From a bacterium (GTDB lineage Bacteria > Zhuqueibacterota > Zhuqueibacteria > Thermofontimicrobiales > Thermofontimicrobiaceae): a stretch of DNA of 34,102 bases. Made by a program: the position numbers and the translations under genes. Below the pieces are notes generated by a model, which did no database searches, had not been told where the DNA came from, and saw nothing but the letters and a program-made list of their open reading frames with translations. The DNA is taken from NCBI GenBank assembly GCA_011046315.1, contig DSAU01000017.1, positions 1 to 34,102 of the forward strand. Direction: 5' to 3'. Each line of letters begins with the position of its first letter. The first letter of the stretch is position 1. Below, one piece after another: positions 1 to 8,700 of this stretch.

Positions 1-633
1 CCAGCGATTTTGATCCCAATAATCCAATTCGTCTTTCCATTGAAAAGTGAAATTATGGTCGGTACCGGTGTTGCCTGTGCCCGGAGTGTAGGAAGCATAG
101 CTAATCCAGTCGTAATAGGCGAACAAAGGCAGGACTCGCTCATCGAAATGTCCCACCCAGGGTTCCCAATTGGAAATCCAGAGATTCATCATAATTTTTT
201 GACTGTATCGAAATTCGGCGATGTGTTGCTGTGTCTGGCGATAAACTTCGTTTCCATCAATAAACCAGGCAATATAGTCGGGCGTCCATTCAAAGGCGTA
301 ATTATGAAAATCGTCATGGGTATTAAAATGGACATATTGGTGACTATTGCGCCATTTCTGTCCCGGAGCAATTGAGGTGACCAGAACATCGTGATCGTAT
401 CTGCCCAGGATTTCAAAATCAATTTCATTCCATTCATTGGTCGAGGTGATTTCATGATAGGTGAAAAAGGAGGAGATAATCCCATCGCCTTTGGGAGGTT
501 TGTATCTGGCTTCAAAACGACCGTAGATGTACGACTCTTTGGTGCGATATTCGGCGCCCTTGTAATCTTTGGCAAAACTGTTTCCCTGATAAAAGAATAA
601 CATAACCAAAAAAATGATGAGTTGTTTTTTCAT
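1..633 (-). CDS. GH16 endo-beta-1,3-1,4-glucanase (lichenase), Fibrobacter-type permuted topology; C-terminus lies beyond the left window edge
   Basis: Absent from the supplied ORF track because there is no stop codon inside the window. Hand translation of the minus strand from ATG 633..631 gives 211 sense codons down to nt 1: MKKQLIIFLVMLFFYQGNSFA/KDYKGAEYRTKESYIYGRFEARYKPPKGDGIISSFFTYHEITSTNEWNEIDFEILGRYDH...HNYAFEWTPDYIAWFIDGNEVYR...MMNLWISNWEPWVGHFDERVLPLFAYYDWISYASYTPG...QNRW. It has a signal peptide, an ExDxE catalytic motif (EIDFE) near the N-terminus and an EWTPxxIxWxxDG block. From memory these match the Fibrobacter succinogenes 1,3-1,4-beta-glucanase. Confidence 0.85.
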   Translation of the reverse strand, partial: MKKQLIIFLVMLFFYQGNSFAKDYKGAEYRTKESYIYGRFEARYKPPKGDGIISSFFTYHEITSTNEWNEIDFEILGRYDHDVLVTSIAPGQKWRNSHQYVHFNTHDDFHNYAFEWTPDYIAWFIDGNEVYRQTQQHIAEFRYSQKIMMNLWISNWEPWVGHFDERVLPLFAYYDWISYASYTPGTGNTGTDHNFTFQWKDELDYWDQNRW

Positions 634-691
634 CGAAAATCTCGTTGCAGTTTTTTGATGATAGTATAGTTTGGCAATTTATCTCGTAGTT

Positions 692-730
692 ATGACTTTA
701 GTCATTCTTCTAAAATGCGACTGAAGTCGC
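692..730. repeat. twin tetraloop hairpins ATGAC-TTTA-GTCAT and GCGAC-TGAA-GTCGC
   Basis: Two 5-bp stems with 4-nt loops lie 11 nt apart in the spacer between the SurA-like gene and the GH16 gene. The region also has TTGGCAA (671..677) and TTGCCAA (795..801) as an inverted pair, and TAGTTATGAC as a direct repeat (687..696 and 805..814). Confidence 0.4.
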
Positions 731-851
731 TACTACCAGCCTATATCTTGTGGTAATGAAAAGATGAATTGCCAGATATTGTGATATTTAAAATTTGCCA
801 ATGATAGTTATGACCGTATACAGGGTTTCAACAAGTTGTCCAGGTATATGT

Positions 852-2369
852 TTAATTGACCATTTTCCTGCCATAGTCCAATAAATGGTCTGTTGTGAGT
901 AACGGAAAACTGGGAACGATAATCTGAAAGGGTACATTTTTTTGCAGCACAAACATATCAACACGGGTCAGTGGTATTTTTTCAAATTTGTCGGTATCTA
1001 TTTCGATCATTTCGGAATATTTAAGCTGCAAACTATCGACATAGCTGTTTAGGTATCGGTAAATAACATCCAGATTTTCTTTGTCTTCCACCCCAAGCTC
1101 GTCCAGATAGCGATTCTTTTGGTACAAGCCCAGGAGATAATCTTTCCACATGTTGGTGTTTCTTTTTACCGCCGGGGCTTCATGGTAGTTCTTTTTATAG
1201 GCTTCGTTGGTGATATATCTATCGCGAATCATATCGACGATTGCCAGTTTGAATTGTTCGGGAAACTCCTGCTGGCTCATGTTCCGTTTTCTGAACACCA
1301 ACGGGTGAAGCCGCAGTTCGGTTAAAAAATTACTGACTGTCCAAACCTGACCATCGATTTTCAACAAGGGATGTTCCATAATATCATCGATGTGTGTTCC
1401 GAGTGTGTCCGCTACAAACTGGTCTTTCCAGAATTTTTGGCTGAATGCATCTTTTTTATCATCCGCTGATTTTAAATAAAAGGGGGCAAAAATATCAGCC
1501 AATTTGAAAAATGTGTCCCGTGCAAACTCTACTTTTTTTCCTTTCATAATTTTGGCGATATAATCCGCATAAATTTCGTTTGCGTGTTTCGTCTTTAAAA
1601 ATTCCGAGACGTCATTCCAGCGTTTTCGAATGTCCGTATCGCTGATTGCCATTCGATCGGTCCAGCCGGCAACCTCCATCAGCAGATAATTCCCATCCTC
1701 GGTTTTTAAAGGCCCGATGATCTGTCCTTTTTCCAGTGGCATTGAAAAAAAAGCATCGTGAATTACGGTTTCGTTTTGATCTTCCCATTTGACTTCTCGC
1801 TGCGGAATTTCCTCCAAACCAAAATAATAGCGATAAACATCTTCAAACGTATTTTTATTATCAATCAATTCTCGTTTAAGATGATTGATTTTACTGCTAT
1901 CGCTAAGGTTGCAAAAATTAATTTTATATTTTCGACCAGCGATTTTGTAAATTTTTTTAATTTCATTGGTATCTAATTTTACCTTTTTATAGGCGATTTC
2001 GTTATATAACCATTGGCGCATGGCTTGCTCCTGATGGCCTTGAAGGTATTCTTGAAACTGTTGGTTTTGAGTGAGCTCATTCGCTTCGCCTGCCTCCAAA
2101 GCGAGCAATTTTTCAGCAATCAGCGAATTTAGAATAATTTTTTTATGAATGTAATTGTCGAACTTGCAATAATCGGGTCGGATGGTATATTCGGCCCGGC
2201 GAATGAATTCACCGACAGAAATGTCTTTAGCGCCGATTTTTGCCAGAATCACTTCGCCAGTTTTCTCTGGAGCCTTTTTAACGCAGGTACAAATAAGCAA
2301 ATTAATGGATAACAGTGAAAATAAAACAAGGAGGACTATATATTTCTTATGGTTACTATTTTTATTCAT
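852..2369 (-). CDS. hypothetical exported protein, SurA/PpiD-like chaperone candidate with an apparently degenerate parvulin-like domain
   Basis: 505-aa ORF with an N-terminal hydrophobic signal/anchor (YIVLLVLFSLLSINLLICTC). It has a SurA-N-like segment (VILAKIGAKDISVGEFIRRAEY..LNSLIAEKLLALEA) and a parvulin-like tail (VIHDAFFSMPLEKGQIIGPLKTEDGNYLLMEVAGW). No GGDLG-type rotamase motif was seen. Its ATG (2369..2367) overlaps the GH9 stop codon (ATGA). Confidence that it is coding is high; the function is weak. Confidence 0.45.
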   Translation of the reverse strand: MNKNSNHKKYIVLLVLFSLLSINLLICTCVKKAPEKTGEVILAKIGAKDISVGEFIRRAEYTIRPDYCKFDNYIHKKIILNSLIAEKLLALEAGEANELTQNQQFQEYLQGHQEQAMRQWLYNEIAYKKVKLDTNEIKKIYKIAGRKYKINFCNLSDSSKINHLKRELIDNKNTFEDVYRYYFGLEEIPQREVKWEDQNETVIHDAFFSMPLEKGQIIGPLKTEDGNYLLMEVAGWTDRMAISDTDIRKRWNDVSEFLKTKHANEIYADYIAKIMKGKKVEFARDTFFKLADIFAPFYLKSADDKKDAFSQKFWKDQFVADTLGTHIDDIMEHPLLKIDGQVWTVSNFLTELRLHPLVFRKRNMSQQEFPEQFKLAIVDMIRDRYITNEAYKKNYHEAPAVKRNTNMWKDYLLGLYQKNRYLDELGVEDKENLDVIYRYLNSYVDSLQLKYSEMIEIDTDKFEKIPLTRVDMFVLQKNVPFQIIVPSFPLLTTDHLLDYGRKMVN

Positions 2370-4399
2370 TTCGAGTTGCTCCGGTTGAGATAAATGAGTT
2401 TCTTTGTTTCTGATTGTTGTGCGCTTTCGATTTGATAGAAATACAAGCCTGAGGCGATCGCTTTACCCAACTGATCCCTGCCGTCCCATTCAAAACGGTT
2501 GGTCGATTCTTGTGAAGCTGATAGCGTCTCCCGAATCACGATTCGTCCCAATAGATCATAAATTTTTAGCTGGATGTTTTGGGGAATATCTGAATGAAAA
2601 GCTATGGTTGTGGTTTGAGCAAATGGATTGGGATAATTTTGAAAGAGCTGGATTTTTCTGGGAACCGCAGCGTCACCGGTTTGAACATTTGTTGAACCGG
2701 AAATATTTGCAAAATATCCTGAAACGAACACCAGTGGCGCATTCCAGTTGATAGCGATTTCATTGGAAGCATAACTATCGACATGATCGATGTAACATAA
2801 CGCCGGTGGGGTGGATGAATTAAAATGAGTCTTTAAAATTGGATCCTGCAGATATTGATTGGGTCCGCCTGCCAACAAACCCGGGACCGGCTCGGCAATG
2901 TTATCGGCAGCAGATGGACGATGATGCGGATTTCTGACGGATTTATCACCGATTCCGGTGATAAAGGAGAGACGATGCGCATTCACGCCTAAAAGATAAT
3001 GCAGTTGATCCAAAGCAGTGTTGTAAAAATCCGGATTTTTCGACTTTTCATAAGCGATAATCAAAAGGATCGCTTTATTTAAGGCGTATGAATTGCTACC
3101 CCAGAAATATTCGCCAGGTTCTAATAGTACATGAAATCCGCTTTGGTTTCTTTTGTTGACCAGAGTCTGGCAATAGTTGATTAGTGAGCCTTGTATTTGG
3201 GAGTGAACGGTCGGATTTATTGCTGAATGATTTCCAGTGAGATAAGTCAACAATGCCAGGGCTTTGACATTCTGCCAACCCATTGGGGAGTTAATAAGCC
3301 CTGAAGCGCGATAGTTGTCTTTGAAGTAATTATGATATTTATCATTTCCAGTAGTGACAAACAATTCAGCGGCAGCCCAGAGCCGCTCATCAAAATCCTG
3401 ACCATCACCGTATTCACCGGTGTTAGTTCCGGACGGATTTTGAAAGCCGCCTGATGGGATAATATTGGGATGAGCTTCCAGATACTGCCAGGCTTTTTCA
3501 GCCGCAGCCAGACACAGCTGCGAAAGCAGAGGATCGAATGATTGATAGATACGGGACGCTCTTGCCAGCATTGCCGCAAAATCGGCGGTAGCAGTCGAAG
3601 AAATTTGGTAGATATAGCGAACAGCCGTATCTCGCTGTGGCAAGATAAATCCGGCAAATTGTTCACGGGTCAATTTGTGATACACGCCGCCATTTTGATC
3701 CTGCATTTTCAGCAGCCATTCCAGTTCAAAACGAACTTCATCCAGAAGATCGGGCATACCATTTCCGCTCTCGGGGATGTTCAGATTATCTTGATTAAAA
3801 CGCTCTGGAAAAAGCTCATACGCCATCAACAAAGTGCCAACGGTTACACCGGCGTTAACAACATATTTGCCATAATCGCCGGCATCGTGCCAGCCCGCCA
3901 GGGCTTCATGAAAACCTGTCAAGCCGGTTGTTGAATGAAATATCCCATCAGTGGTGTGGCATTTGGTATGTGAATAAACGCCAGCATATTCTGTCGTCAG
4001 ATCCACGCCACAGCGTTGAAAATAAAAACCTTTTAAAGATTTATGATAGACATCCAGGTAAACCGAATCTGAAATCAAAAATTCAAACGATTTTCCCACG
4101 CCAGGAACATCAATAATATAATGCCCGCTTGTTGTTAAATCGCTAAAATCTCCCTTGTTAATCGTCAATCCCGTGGCAGGATCATTGGTTTGCCACCGGT
4201 TTAATTTTTCTCTGAAAACGATTTGATTTGATGAAGATTCGATAACTTTGAAACTGTCTGCAGGTTGTGCAACCAACACAAATTTTGCAGCATTGGGTAA
4301 ATATCCCTTTTGATCGATGAAGATTCTATCATCACTATTGATTTGACTGGATTGAAGTATGAAGAAGATGATGTAAAGCCAGAAAATATTGGTTCTCAT
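2366..4399 (-). CDS. GH9 endoglucanase with N-terminal Ig-like (CelD_N) domain and T9SS C-terminal sorting domain
   Basis: GH9 signatures: LAGWHDAGDYGKYVVNAG, RNPHHRPS, DSYASNEIAINWNAPLVF. The Ig-like N-domain reads IFIDQKGYLPNAAKF...DFSDLTTSGHYIIDVPGVGKSFEFLI. The C-terminal tail is LFQNYPNPFAQTTTIAF...LYFYQIES. I moved the start from the track's TTG (4453) to ATG 4399, giving the signal peptide MRTNIFWLYIIFFILQSSQINS. Confidence 0.9.
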   Translation of the reverse strand: MRTNIFWLYIIFFILQSSQINSDDRIFIDQKGYLPNAAKFVLVAQPADSFKVIESSSNQIVFREKLNRWQTNDPATGLTINKGDFSDLTTSGHYIIDVPGVGKSFEFLISDSVYLDVYHKSLKGFYFQRCGVDLTTEYAGVYSHTKCHTTDGIFHSTTGLTGFHEALAGWHDAGDYGKYVVNAGVTVGTLLMAYELFPERFNQDNLNIPESGNGMPDLLDEVRFELEWLLKMQDQNGGVYHKLTREQFAGFILPQRDTAVRYIYQISSTATADFAAMLARASRIYQSFDPLLSQLCLAAAEKAWQYLEAHPNIIPSGGFQNPSGTNTGEYGDGQDFDERLWAAAELFVTTGNDKYHNYFKDNYRASGLINSPMGWQNVKALALLTYLTGNHSAINPTVHSQIQGSLINYCQTLVNKRNQSGFHVLLEPGEYFWGSNSYALNKAILLIIAYEKSKNPDFYNTALDQLHYLLGVNAHRLSFITGIGDKSVRNPHHRPSAADNIAEPVPGLLAGGPNQYLQDPILKTHFNSSTPPALCYIDHVDSYASNEIAINWNAPLVFVSGYFANISGSTNVQTGDAAVPRKIQLFQNYPNPFAQTTTIAFHSDIPQNIQLKIYDLLGRIVIRETLSASQESTNRFEWDGRDQLGKAIASGLYFYQIESAQQSETKKLIYLNRSNSK

Positions 4400-4430
4400 T
4401 TTATTTATTACCTTTGCCCAATGTATTAAA

Positions 4431-4465
4431 GAACCCAACGGACAAAAAAACAATCAGTTGGGTTC
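4431..4465 (-). terminator. hairpin GAACCCAAC-N17-GTTGGGTTC between the PorV-like gene and GH9 (weak terminator/processing candidate)
   Basis: It has a 9-bp perfect stem and an A/T-rich 17-nt loop. On the minus strand only TTT follows it. It lies 32 nt upstream of the GH9 ATG. Confidence 0.3.
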
Positions 4466-4621
4466 TCAAATCCGCTGGTTGTTTTCGGTACTGACGGATA
4501 ATTGAAACCGATGCCATCGCTTTGTTTGAAACAATAAAAGCCAGTGTTAACTTAATTTGAGAAAATAAACATTTGGCAAAACAATCTGGATATCCAAGCG
4601 ATGGTATCGGAAATCCAAAAA

Positions 4622-5683
4622 TTAAAATAAAACCCCCACGGTATAACAATGCGATTTTCCCAGAATACCAATGCCGCGATACGCATAATCAATTTTAAGC
4701 CCGATATTGTTCATCATGCGAAGCACAATTCCGCCGCCAAAAGAAAATCCGTATTCCGATTTTTCCATAAACAGGGCTTTATATCCGGTCCGAAGGTAAA
4801 AGTCTCCAGTAGTCGGCAGATTGATTTTATATTGAGCTCCCACGTTGACCGATTCCATATTATTATTGGGATGCAGCGCATCTGCCGCGAGCGTCAGTCG
4901 ATGTTGTCCCATGATGAGTGGATTGATTGATACCCCGATTCGAAAAATCAAAGGCAACTCCCATGATTGCAAGCTGAACTTGCCGGCAACATCTCTAAAG
5001 TTACCCTGCTCATACGGTAAAATATCGATAGGCTGCAGCAAATCGATTCCATCATAAGTCATTTTTGTGCCGTAATTTGAGATGCTCATGCCGATGTTCA
5101 TGCCGTCCTCTCGTTTGCCGGTAAAGGAGAAGAAGTGGGTGTTCACAATTACTCCCAGATCCACGGCAAACGCGCTGGCGCTGCTGTGCCAAATTTTTGA
5201 TGAAATGTATTTGGTTGAAGCACCGAACGCAAACCAGTTCGCGAGCCGTCTGGCATAGGAAAGACTGACTGCAAAATCATTGGCGCTGAACATCTCTCCG
5301 GTTCCGTCCTGCATTGCCAAATTGGTCACTTCCATGTCATCGCCATAATCCACGAATATTAAACCTATGGAAAACGTTCCCAGCCTGGGAAAAACCAGCC
5401 CAACACTTGCAAATCCCGTGCTAATATCAGCAATCCAGGGTTGGTAAATGAACTGGGCTTCATGTTGTTCCATATACGACAAACCTGCCGGATTCCAATA
5501 AATGGAGGACAAATCACTTGCCACGCTGACATAGGCATCGCCCATGGCGTTTCCGGCGCTGCCAAAGCCGATTTCTAAAAAATTTGCAGCAGTTGTTCCC
5601 ACCCGATAAGGTTTTTGGGAGAAAGCAGAATTCAATGTACCCAGCACCAAAATGATTAATAGGAGAACTTTATATTTTTTCAT
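4622..5683 (-). CDS. PorV/PorQ-family (FadL-like) outer-membrane beta-barrel protein
   Basis: Signal peptide MKKYKVLLLIILVLGTLNSAFS. The N-terminal motif GTTAANFLEIGFGSAGNAMGDAYVSVASDLSSIYWNPAGLS is typical of the PorV/PorQ family. Amphipathic strands alternate throughout and the protein ends in an aromatic residue (..YTVGVLF). Confidence 0.75.
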   Translation of the reverse strand: MKKYKVLLLIILVLGTLNSAFSQKPYRVGTTAANFLEIGFGSAGNAMGDAYVSVASDLSSIYWNPAGLSYMEQHEAQFIYQPWIADISTGFASVGLVFPRLGTFSIGLIFVDYGDDMEVTNLAMQDGTGEMFSANDFAVSLSYARRLANWFAFGASTKYISSKIWHSSASAFAVDLGVIVNTHFFSFTGKREDGMNIGMSISNYGTKMTYDGIDLLQPIDILPYEQGNFRDVAGKFSLQSWELPLIFRIGVSINPLIMGQHRLTLAADALHPNNNMESVNVGAQYKINLPTTGDFYLRTGYKALFMEKSEYGFSFGGGIVLRMMNNIGLKIDYAYRGIGILGKSHCYTVGVLF

Positions 5684-5771
5684 GATCTGTACCCTTCATG
5701 AATGATAATGAATTTTTCAACCAAGAGTGAATTCCATTTATGCCCTTGCGATATATAAACGCATTGCGCTT

Positions 5772-8700
5772 TTATTTGATAACGGCAAATTTTCCGATTT
5801 TTTCAGCTCCTGTTTTTTTCGACTTAACATGATAGACATACATACCAGCGGCAATTTCCAGCCCTTCCTTGGAAGTCAAATCCCAATGGACAATTCCCTG
5901 ATCAGTCGGATTGGTTACTTCAATTTCATCGACCAGAACACCACTGACGGTGAAAATTTTAATCATACACTCGGCTGGAATATGGGTAAACATGAGCCGG
6001 CGACGCTGATTCAAAAGAAAGTTGGCAACAGCGGGTTCCATAGCGTTGGTGCCGACATACGGATTGGGAACGACTTTGATATCCTTCATCGTATCTTTTA
6101 ATTCAACAACGTCAAGCTGCTCCGAGGCTTCGATTCTAAATGTCAGCGAATCAGTGATCCAGAAAGGTCGCTTGAAAGTCACCCGATAAACATCGCCCGG
6201 CTTTGGCAGTTGGGTGCTGTCACTGGCTGAATTAAAATCAATAATAAAGGCAGTTCCTGCCCATTTATCATCTTTGGTAACTGGCCCAACCAGAATTCTG
6301 TCCTCTAAAATATCAAAGGTACCATTCCTTTTCTTATCATGGACTACCATATCCAACCGTTCATAAGAACCAGTGGAGTCTGTAAAAAGCTTATTTACGA
6401 CATAGAAACTAAATGGGATATTAATCAAAATATCGGTACGGTTTATTCGAACATCATTCTCATCACGCATTGTTTTGCTGGTCACCCTGCCCACATAAGC
6501 GGAATCATCCTCTGTGAATACAATGTCATATTCCCAGGGGAAAAACCGCGTTTCCTTTTTCGTTGGGGTAATATCTATGGGAGCATTGCCAACAACCCAA
6601 CCCGAATTGACCGGATCAAAAGAGGCGATCTCAACCGGGAAATCCATCATTAGGCGGATACCATCAAAAATGTCGGTATTGACGGTTTCATCGGTTTTAA
6701 AATAATGATAATTTTTCCAGTCAACAAACTCGGTTGTATCTTTATATCGCAAATTGTTGTAGGCATAATGTGACGGGGATTCTTCATAGACTAAAATATT
6801 ATTTAGATCAACATCATAGATTTGAACTCCATTGTTTGAGTAAACGATCCCGTGATCATAATTCGCGAGCGCATAGACAGTGTCGATAGAAAATTTAACT
6901 TTATAAGTATGGCCGGATTTTAGACTTTTCGCCGCCAGGATCTCGGGCGTTACTGAACCCACTCCGAATGTTTTCTCCTGGCTCTGGTCGATAGATGGAG
7001 GTATATATCCGGCAGCTTGTTGGTAAGGTGTTACGATTTGAACATTCTTGCTGCGTGCGCGAACTTCCTCCGATTCATCCAATTCGATGATGATATTATT
7101 CTCCGAAGGAGCAATGCCAGGCCCAATATCGGGCGCGCCATAGTCATAGGCAACGAGCGCGTAATAGTAGGTGCGACCATTTTGTACGTTATTATCAATA
7201 AAATAATGGGTAATTCCTGTGTCATAACCCAAATTATAACCGACGCCATTGATCAATCCAAAATTGGTGAAGCCAAATTTCCCGTTTTTCAGATCGCATT
7301 GAAAAATCGGTTTCTTCATAAACGGTGTACCGAAACCATCGGTGATGACTTCGGCATCCATCAGTTTTTTATCGGTGGCGCGGAAAAGTTTATATCCTTC
7401 AAAGTCATTGATATTGCCAAGGAAAGGATCCCTGGTTCTGGTATCGGCAACATCATCCCAGGTTAGGATCACCTTGCCGTCGGCTGGTGTTGCTGTTAAT
7501 GTCGGCATTTGTGGCGCCTGGGCAAAACGATAGTCTTTTTCGTAAATGACCTGCACGATGCGTTTCACCTCGAATAATGCCGGTGCAGAGTGTTCCGGTG
7601 AATTGAGTCCCTCGAGCGGATCATAGCTGTGAAGTTCAGCCATCGAGATTCGTTCGGTTCTACCCTGGTACAACGGGAACGGCCCGGAGGCAAAGGTCAT
7701 GACAAGATTCGAGATCCATTCGATTGACTCCATCAGTGTGTGCTGACCAATCAATTCCCACATTGACTTGTCGTTTCTGAACCATCGGTAATAGGGAGGG
7801 CGATGCGGCTGAATCGGGAACAGTTGAAACGACGTCAGCCCCACCATATCCGATTCGTCGACATCTGTCTCGGCAAAATTGGGTTCAGCCCGTCCCTCTT
7901 TTCGATCTGGTTTATGATTGCACTCCCCCTCATCAGGGCCGGGATAATTTAATTCTGTGGGTCCGATACCATCGAGCCCCACGTCATCTCCGGCGAATTC
8001 GTGGACCTGATAAATTCCATCGCCGTTAAGGTCCTCGCCGTCCTGCCAATCCTGATCTTCGTCGGCATCCCAGTGTTCTTTCAAGTCTTCTTCGTTCAGT
8101 CGATAAAAGTCGAGAAACTTTTGCAAGTCCGCAATACCGTCATAAGGACCAACTTTCATGACAGCATCGTTATCTCTTCTTTCATCGATAAGACCGTCTC
8201 CGTCATTGTCGATACCATCATAGCCAAGTCCGGGGCTTTCTAAGTAGGCAAATCCCATGGTTCCTGTAGGGAATCCACCCTGTCCGATTCCATCGATATC
8301 CCATGAGTAAGCCATATCGATACTGGTATCAAAGTATCCCAATTCATCATCATCGCCGGCGCCCGCAATGGCATCGCCGATGGCGTTATCCACCCAATAG
8401 CCAAAGGCGACATCTTTTAAATCATAGTCAGAGATGTTGGCAATGGTATATTCCCAAAACAGCGCATCTCTTGCCTGGGGATTATTCCATTGAAATCCGC
8501 GTTGTTCCACACGCACGCCAATGCCACCCCAGGGCAGACCGTTTTGAATCGTCGCCGGACGGATTTCGCCGATCTTTCTGCCCGGGCGCGGATAATATTT
8601 TACTCTATCTTCCGGGCCCAGGTATTCCTGATCATGGGCATCATTCGCCACAAAAAAGGTTTCCAGATCCGCGTACATGACGCCTTTGCCAAAGCGACCG

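Noticed and set aside
10-575. Track ORFs 10..375 (+, 121 aa) and 189..575 (-, 128 aa)
   Set aside because: Both are out of frame with the GH16 reading frame. That frame is open across the whole region and carries clear family motifs. The two track ORFs have no recognisable features and are shadow ORFs.
4401-4649. 82-aa minus-strand ORF spanning the PorV-GH9 spacer
   Set aside because: It starts with TTG inside the 3' end of the PorV-like gene and has no SD. The internal ATG also lacks an RBS. The frame simply runs through the hairpin and AT-rich spacer, and no motif was recognised. I kept it only as a remote possibility.
7839-8231. Dockerin interpretation of the DxNxDG loops (cellulosome-like assembly)
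   Set aside because: The loops are about 55 residues apart and lack the duplicated 22-residue loop-helix pattern of dockerins. No cohesin-like gene is visible in the window.
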